From Shigella phage Sf13: a stretch of DNA of 64,000 nt. A program made the translations under genes and the position numbers. The notes under the pieces are model-generated. The model saw only the letters and a program-made list of their open reading frames with translations. It did not search any database and was not told the DNA's origin. Numbering within the stretch: the stretch's first letter is position 1; each line of letters starts with the position of its first letter. Below are positions 59,586-64,000 of this stretch, one piece after another. The stretch is taken from the sequence record MF158040; one strand, written 5' to 3'.

Positions 59586-60446
59586 TTACTCGTCGTCAGT
59601 TTCGAAATCATCTTCGTCGTCATCATCTGGGTTTGGCAGGTCGTCGTCATCGTCATCACCACCTTTACCTTCATCACCAGAATCTTTTGCATCTTCTTCA
59701 GTGATTTCACCGTTGTCTTCAACACCTGCAAGGCCAAGCATTGCCAGTTCATCTTCATCCAGTTCAGTCTCAGTAGCACCACCAGTACCACCAGTGTAAG
59801 GAACCAGAGTATCAATGATAAATTGTTCCTGAATTGGCTTAGTCAGAACGTTACCTTCAAATGTGTAGAAGTGAGTCGCCAGAATCACACTACCAAATGA
59901 ACCGTTACCAACTGCAATATCTGGATGAATTACATCGTAAGTCTTATCATCATCGTGCTTATCAGATTTTGCTGCCTTGATTTTCTTCATAGGCTGCTTA
60001 ACTGCAACACGCTTACCGTTGATTTCTTCAACCAGCATTACAGGGAAACTCTGTTTTGCTGACCACACAGCACCGTCTTTATATGCTGCTGAACGGCTAA
60101 CCTTCAGGATGTGATAGGTGTCAGCTTCAAACGGAGGCTCACAACCAAACTTCTCTTCGAAGTCGTCTGCATCAACAGCCTCTGTAGTAACTTTATCCCA
60201 ACCTTCAGGACTCTTTTTAGACTTGGTGAACTCTTTAAAGAGCTTGTTACCATCTTTTGCCAGAATTGAAACGCTGTAGTTACAATCTTTGCCCGGAAAA
60301 TGCTTATCCACAGATTTACCCTTTTGAGGACGTGGAATAGTGTTCAGGTAATAGAACCAAACATCTTTCAGCAGGTAACGCAGAGTCTCACGTTCTTGAC
60401 CATTGTACTTCTCTACCGGAGCTTTCATTTTAACAACTTTAGACAT
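59586..60446 (-). CDS. single-stranded DNA-binding protein candidate with acidic C-terminal tail
   Basis: 286 aa ending in a long Asp/Glu tail (DDDDDDLPNPDDDDEDDFETDDE); AGAGG RBS. Confidence 0.45.
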   Translation of the reverse strand: MSKVVKMKAPVEKYNGQERETLRYLLKDVWFYYLNTIPRPQKGKSVDKHFPGKDCNYSVSILAKDGNKLFKEFTKSKKSPEGWDKVTTEAVDADDFEEKFGCEPPFEADTYHILKVSRSAAYKDGAVWSAKQSFPVMLVEEINGKRVAVKQPMKKIKAAKSDKHDDDKTYDVIHPDIAVGNGSFGSVILATHFYTFEGNVLTKPIQEQFIIDTLVPYTGGTGGATETELDEDELAMLGLAGVEDNGEITEEDAKDSGDEGKGGDDDDDDLPNPDDDDEDDFETDDE

Positions 60447-60531
60447 TTTAATACCTCTTTCTCAAATTAACTTTCAACTCAACTATCAAGGAGTACAATC
60501 TTACAGACTTCGTACTCCCTTGTCAAACACT

Positions 60532-60669
60532 TTAAGCAGATTTCTTAGCTGCTTTACGAGCCGTCTTACCCATGCGAACTCGCTTCTGTACATAGTATTC
60601 AGCAGGTTTACCAGCAGTTGCTTTCATAGAATCGCCAAATACTTTCTCGAATGCTTTAGAATGTTTCAT
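60532..60669 (-). CDS. hypothetical small basic protein (45 aa), not in ORF track
   Basis: ATG overlaps stop of upstream gene (ATGA); GGAGAG RBS 5 nt upstream. Confidence 0.35.
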   Translation of the reverse strand: MKHSKAFEKVFGDSMKATAGKPAEYYVQKRVRMGKTARKAAKKSA

Positions 60670-60947
60670 GAATCTCTCCGATATATTTCATATTCAAAAT
60701 GTTTATTAGTCAAGGTAAAGATGTAAACTGTAGATAAACCATCAATCGCTAATGCAAACTGCTCAACATTATCTTTTGATAAGTGCTCAAACTTTACTTC
60801 ATGTCCCTTGTTGATGAGTACTTTACCGAACTGCTCTACCTTAGTCAAGCACTCTTTTACAAAATTTTTTCTACTTTCTTCTGAATAGAAGGGTTCAAAA
60901 CCCTCCTTCAGATAACTATCAATCAGTTTCGAACGGACAGTCATCAT
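60666..60947 (-). CDS. hypothetical protein (93 aa)
   Basis: ORF track. Confidence 0.45.
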   Translation of the reverse strand: MMTVRSKLIDSYLKEGFEPFYSEESRKNFVKECLTKVEQFGKVLINKGHEVKFEHLSKDNVEQFALAIDGLSTVYIFTLTNKHFEYEIYRRDS

Positions 60948-62910
60948 TATCCTCGTTAATCACAGGTGGAATGGTGGAGCTTTCACGTTGTTCTTGTGTG
61001 TAAATCTCTCCAGATTCACGGTCAAAATCAACATCTTCATAGTGTGGCATAGAGTCATCATAATGGTCTTCAGCCTCACCAATACCGAACTGCTGACGAA
61101 TATTCTCTGCTGCACCATCAATATCAACACCACATCCAGCAGCCTTTACAAGACGACCTGTATCTGGATTGTACCAAGTGTGACCAGCAATACCAGTTGA
61201 TTTACCATGACGACGACATTTCGTTAACTTGATTTTTGTCAAGTTCTTTTTAACAGGGTCTGGGTCAACCTTGTTACGCATAAGTAAAATGTTGTTCATG
61301 GAAATCTGGAAGTATGCACCAGAACCCTTGATATCTTCTTCAGAAATATCACCACCTTCCGAGTTGGCCTTTTGACCACCTGCACTCTTACGAACGTGAC
61401 ACACGTTTACCTGAGCATACTGATAACGCTTACAGCGACGAAGTAACTCAGACAGAACTTCTTCTTCATCTGTATCAGAGCGTGACAGCGCCAATGTAAT
61501 AGGGTCAAGAATGATAATCTTACAATCAAGGCTGTTAACCAGATAGTCAACAAACTCCAGCAGGTTATCTTGGTCAATTGCCCCTTGGTGGTCTACGATG
61601 TGAATACGACGACCTTTTGATAACTCAGCATGTGCAACCTTAATCTCATCCCAATTACGCTCATCGTAAGGAATCTCTGAAATCTGCTTACTAAGATGGA
61701 TTGCACAGAGCATTTCCATAAGTTCTTCGTAAGTATCCTCTACAGGAATCACACCAATGTTGTACTCAGTATCTTTCCATGCTTTGTAAATCATTTCACG
61801 AGTATACGCAGACTTACCTACAGATGAAGGTGCAGCAAGGGTTGTAATCTCACCTAAACCATACCCGCCATAAGTCAGCTTATTCAAATCCCCGAAAGAA
61901 TCTGGGAAAGGAATTAAAGGAATCTGACCACGGTTCTTCATAGCATCGAAACCGTCTGCAAAGTTCTTGATACCAGCAGGGCAGTAACGAGGTGCATTGT
62001 AGATTCGTTGTTTAAATCCTTCTAAGACTGTATCTTTGTCTTTGAAGAACTTAGTCCACCACTCACTAAGGTCTTTAATACCTTCAGGATACTGGAACAG
62101 TCTTACTTTTTCAATAGGTAAGATACCAGCAGCTTCCTTAGTTGCTTTAGCCCCTGCTTCATCATTATCAAAGCATAGGTAAATCTCATCAAAGGAAGTA
62201 ATATACTGATAGTTCTCTTTGATAGACTTAACATTAGCACCGGATGGTACAGAAACGTGGCAGTAATTCTTACGTCTAGACTTATCTTTAATTGCTAAAG
62301 AAGTCATGTAGATTGCTGTGGCACACTCCATCTCACCTTCCCAGATGAAAAGACGGTTACCACCTTCTGGAGCAATCCATGAACCGAACATAGCCAGTTC
62401 ACCTTTAATATCTCCGACACCACCAGAAAAATCTTTCAACTTCCCACGTAAGTGCTCTTTGTGATAGTCATCTGGATATTTGTGACGAACACGATAACCT
62501 ACATGTTGCAACTTACCATCTTCATCTTTTTTGTATGTTGGATAGAAGTGCGCATCAATGTCACCGTTATCATCAATATCAACTTTAATACCAAGGCGCT
62601 CAAGGACTTTTGCAGGAATCTTCCTGTCTTTTAAATCCATTGCTTCTAAGTTTTCTTTCACATCATCCAAATCCATACCACGAAATGTACGGTTTTTATT
62701 CTCTGAACCTGAAGTATGAGTACTCACAATCTGCCCTTTATCAAAATCCCACTCTGGAAAACCTTTTCCACAACTGAAACATGTCATTGAATATGAACCG
62801 TCATCATGACGATATATAGAACCTGCATCTGAAGATAAACATTGAGGGCGTGGACATGCACAGTGACCTACAAATGTTCCAGCATCTTTCAGTTTTCTCT
62901 GTTTAGCCAT
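60919..62910 (-). CDS. DNA primase-helicase (zinc finger + primase + DnaB-like helicase)
   Basis: N-terminal Cys4 zinc finger (CACPRPQC ... CFSCGKG); C-terminal Walker A LAAPSSVGKSAYT; 663 aa. Confidence 0.65.
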   Translation of the reverse strand: MAKQRKLKDAGTFVGHCACPRPQCLSSDAGSIYRHDDGSYSMTCFSCGKGFPEWDFDKGQIVSTHTSGSENKNRTFRGMDLDDVKENLEAMDLKDRKIPAKVLERLGIKVDIDDNGDIDAHFYPTYKKDEDGKLQHVGYRVRHKYPDDYHKEHLRGKLKDFSGGVGDIKGELAMFGSWIAPEGGNRLFIWEGEMECATAIYMTSLAIKDKSRRKNYCHVSVPSGANVKSIKENYQYITSFDEIYLCFDNDEAGAKATKEAAGILPIEKVRLFQYPEGIKDLSEWWTKFFKDKDTVLEGFKQRIYNAPRYCPAGIKNFADGFDAMKNRGQIPLIPFPDSFGDLNKLTYGGYGLGEITTLAAPSSVGKSAYTREMIYKAWKDTEYNIGVIPVEDTYEELMEMLCAIHLSKQISEIPYDERNWDEIKVAHAELSKGRRIHIVDHQGAIDQDNLLEFVDYLVNSLDCKIIILDPITLALSRSDTDEEEVLSELLRRCKRYQYAQVNVCHVRKSAGGQKANSEGGDISEEDIKGSGAYFQISMNNILLMRNKVDPDPVKKNLTKIKLTKCRRHGKSTGIAGHTWYNPDTGRLVKAAGCGVDIDGAAENIRQQFGIGEAEDHYDDSMPHYEDVDFDRESGEIYTQEQRESSTIPPVINEDNDDCPFETD

Positions 62911-63103
62911 TCACACCTCTTCGTTGTAGTTCTGCCTTAAGACCGTTTTCAATCTTGTCAAGCTCATGGATTTCTTCTGCAATCTCTTTCCTTCTTGAAG
63001 CGACCCTTTCAAGTCGCTCCATCATAACTTCTTTGGAAAGAGATGAGAGTTCCACTGTACGGTGGTCAATTACTTTAAAGTTATTCTCTCTCATCTTCAA
63101 CAC
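62903..63103 (-). CDS. hypothetical protein (66 aa)
   Basis: ORF track. Confidence 0.4.
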   Translation of the reverse strand: MLKMRENNFKVIDHRTVELSSLSKEVMMERLERVASRRKEIAEEIHELDKIENGLKAELQRRGVNG

Positions 63104-63106
63104 CTT

Positions 63107-63847
63107 TTACAGATTGATAATGGTTTTAAGTTTGCTCTCTAATTCTTCCATCGTTCCATTATTCTGGATAATATCACGAGAGAAGTTAGTGGAGATACCA
63201 CGTTCAGAACTATGGGAAGCAACCTGAATAGCATCTTTTCTTGTAATCTCAATTATCTGGCTATCATAGCTTTGAAGGAACTCAGCTTCAATATCAAACC
63301 TTAAATCACATATCAGTGCAATACCTATGTGACTTTTCTTAACGCAATCTCCATAGAATTTTTCAATACGTTCTGCCAAATCTGTAATCCAGAAACGCTC
63401 TCCAAGAATTTTACGGATAACCTCACTACCCCATACTTGCTGTATTTGTCTTGAGGAAATCATATATTCATTTTTCAAACCAAGCTTTGTACGCAATGTA
63501 GGTTTACCAACTTTCTTTAGCTCTTTGATAAGCCTGTCTGTGATTTCCCCACAAAGTTTTGCATCATCTTGTATGCCTTTGCTTTTCATGTTTATATTGA
63601 AAGCCCATGCCACACGGGAGTTAAGATTGTCAAAATCTAAGCTAAACTTTTTAGGTGTTTCTTTCGTATCACCATATAGGTCTTGCCAGTTCAAGTCAAA
63701 GATAAATCCGGCAGTTGCTTTTAAGTTATCGGCAAACGCAAACACTTTAACAGTGTATCCAGCCTCATCCAATAGATTTTTTACAATACTGCAAGACGTA
63801 TCCTTTCCAGAACGAGCTTTTCCAGTAAATGCAATAACACTTTTCAT
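63107..63847 (-). CDS. deoxynucleoside monophosphate kinase-like protein
   Basis: P-loop VIAFTGKARSGKDT close to T4 gp1 N-terminus as I recall it; start set to M11 with GGAGTGA RBS. Confidence 0.5.
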   Translation of the reverse strand: MKSVIAFTGKARSGKDTSCSIVKNLLDEAGYTVKVFAFADNLKATAGFIFDLNWQDLYGDTKETPKKFSLDFDNLNSRVAWAFNINMKSKGIQDDAKLCGEITDRLIKELKKVGKPTLRTKLGLKNEYMISSRQIQQVWGSEVIRKILGERFWITDLAERIEKFYGDCVKKSHIGIALICDLRFDIEAEFLQSYDSQIIEITRKDAIQVASHSSERGISTNFSRDIIQNNGTMEELESKLKTIINL

Positions 63848-63865
63848 ATCAGTCACTCCATAATA

Positions 63866-63888
63866 AAAAGCCCCCAATTAAGGAGGCT
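63866..63888 (-). terminator. candidate terminator (minus strand)
   Basis: Hairpin AGCCTCC-ttaatt-GGGGGCT followed by TTTTTATT on minus strand. Confidence 0.35.
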
Positions 63889-63904
63889 TAAGGGTATGCC
63901 ACAA

Positions 63905-64000
63905 TTATTGTAGTTTAGAACCAGTGAGTTCACGCTCAGACATTGCTTCTAACTGCTGAACAAACTCTTCACCGAAGTTGATTGCAATCTTGGTGCTAAG
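63905..64000 (-). CDS. partial ORF (3' end only; 5' part beyond window end)
   Basis: Open minus-strand frame entering from the window edge and ending at a TAA near 63905. Confidence 0.35.
   Translation of the reverse strand, partial: LSTKIAINFGEEFVQQLEAMSERELTGSKLQ

Noticed and set aside
59515-59799. Plus-strand Ser-rich 94-aa ORF
   Set aside because: It is the antisense reading of the GAC/GAT-rich acidic tail of the SSB-like gene.
1-64000. Prophage or mobile-element signatures (integrase, transposase, attachment-site repeats), rRNA genes
   Set aside because: No integrase or transposase motifs and no rRNA-like sequence noticed; gene content is that of a virulent phage.

Overview
The window reads as a contiguous piece of a lytic, tailed dsDNA phage genome (myovirus-type: tail sheath + tail tube), with no integrase, transposase, rRNA or CRISPR array seen. 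Gene content (T4-like rIIA/rIIB, class I and class III ribonucleotide reductase genes, a NadV-like/Prs-like pair, a large tRNA array, free-standing HNH and GIY-YIG endonucleases) resembles Felix O1-like/T4-like virulent phages; this is an inference from motifs I recognise, not a database hit. Layout: (1) minus-strand morphogenesis module, 1-11436 (tail chaperone with a candidate -1 frameshift, tube, sheath, major capsid, S49 prohead protease, portal, large terminase); (2) minus-strand tRNA array, 11656-16347, about 27 tRNA or tRNA-like genes whose anticodons cover all 20 amino acids, several with atypical structure; (3) a DUF2828-like/vWA protein next to the array; (4) a plus-strand block, 18624-26629, including a GH24 lysozyme and an Ig-like repeat protein; (5) a 1.5 kb ORF-free region dense in short direct repeats, 26672-28170; (6) a minus-strand block of about 20 small unknown genes, 28236-35442, most preceded by a conserved promoter/hairpin/leader cassette; (7) candidate counter-defence and host-interaction genes (macro-domain protein, rIIA/rIIB, NAD+ salvage pair), spanin-like pair, SLT-domain protein; (8) nucleotide metabolism and replication genes (nrdG, nrdD, nrdH, nrdB, nrdA, flap endonuclease, SSB-like, primase-helicase, dNMP kinase). 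The most interesting candidates for a second look are the repeat-dense non-coding region, the promoter/hairpin cassette family, the macro-domain plus NAD+ salvage cluster, and the DUF2828/vWA gene beside the tRNA array. All coordinates for features not in the ORF track were hand-derived and may be off by a few bases.
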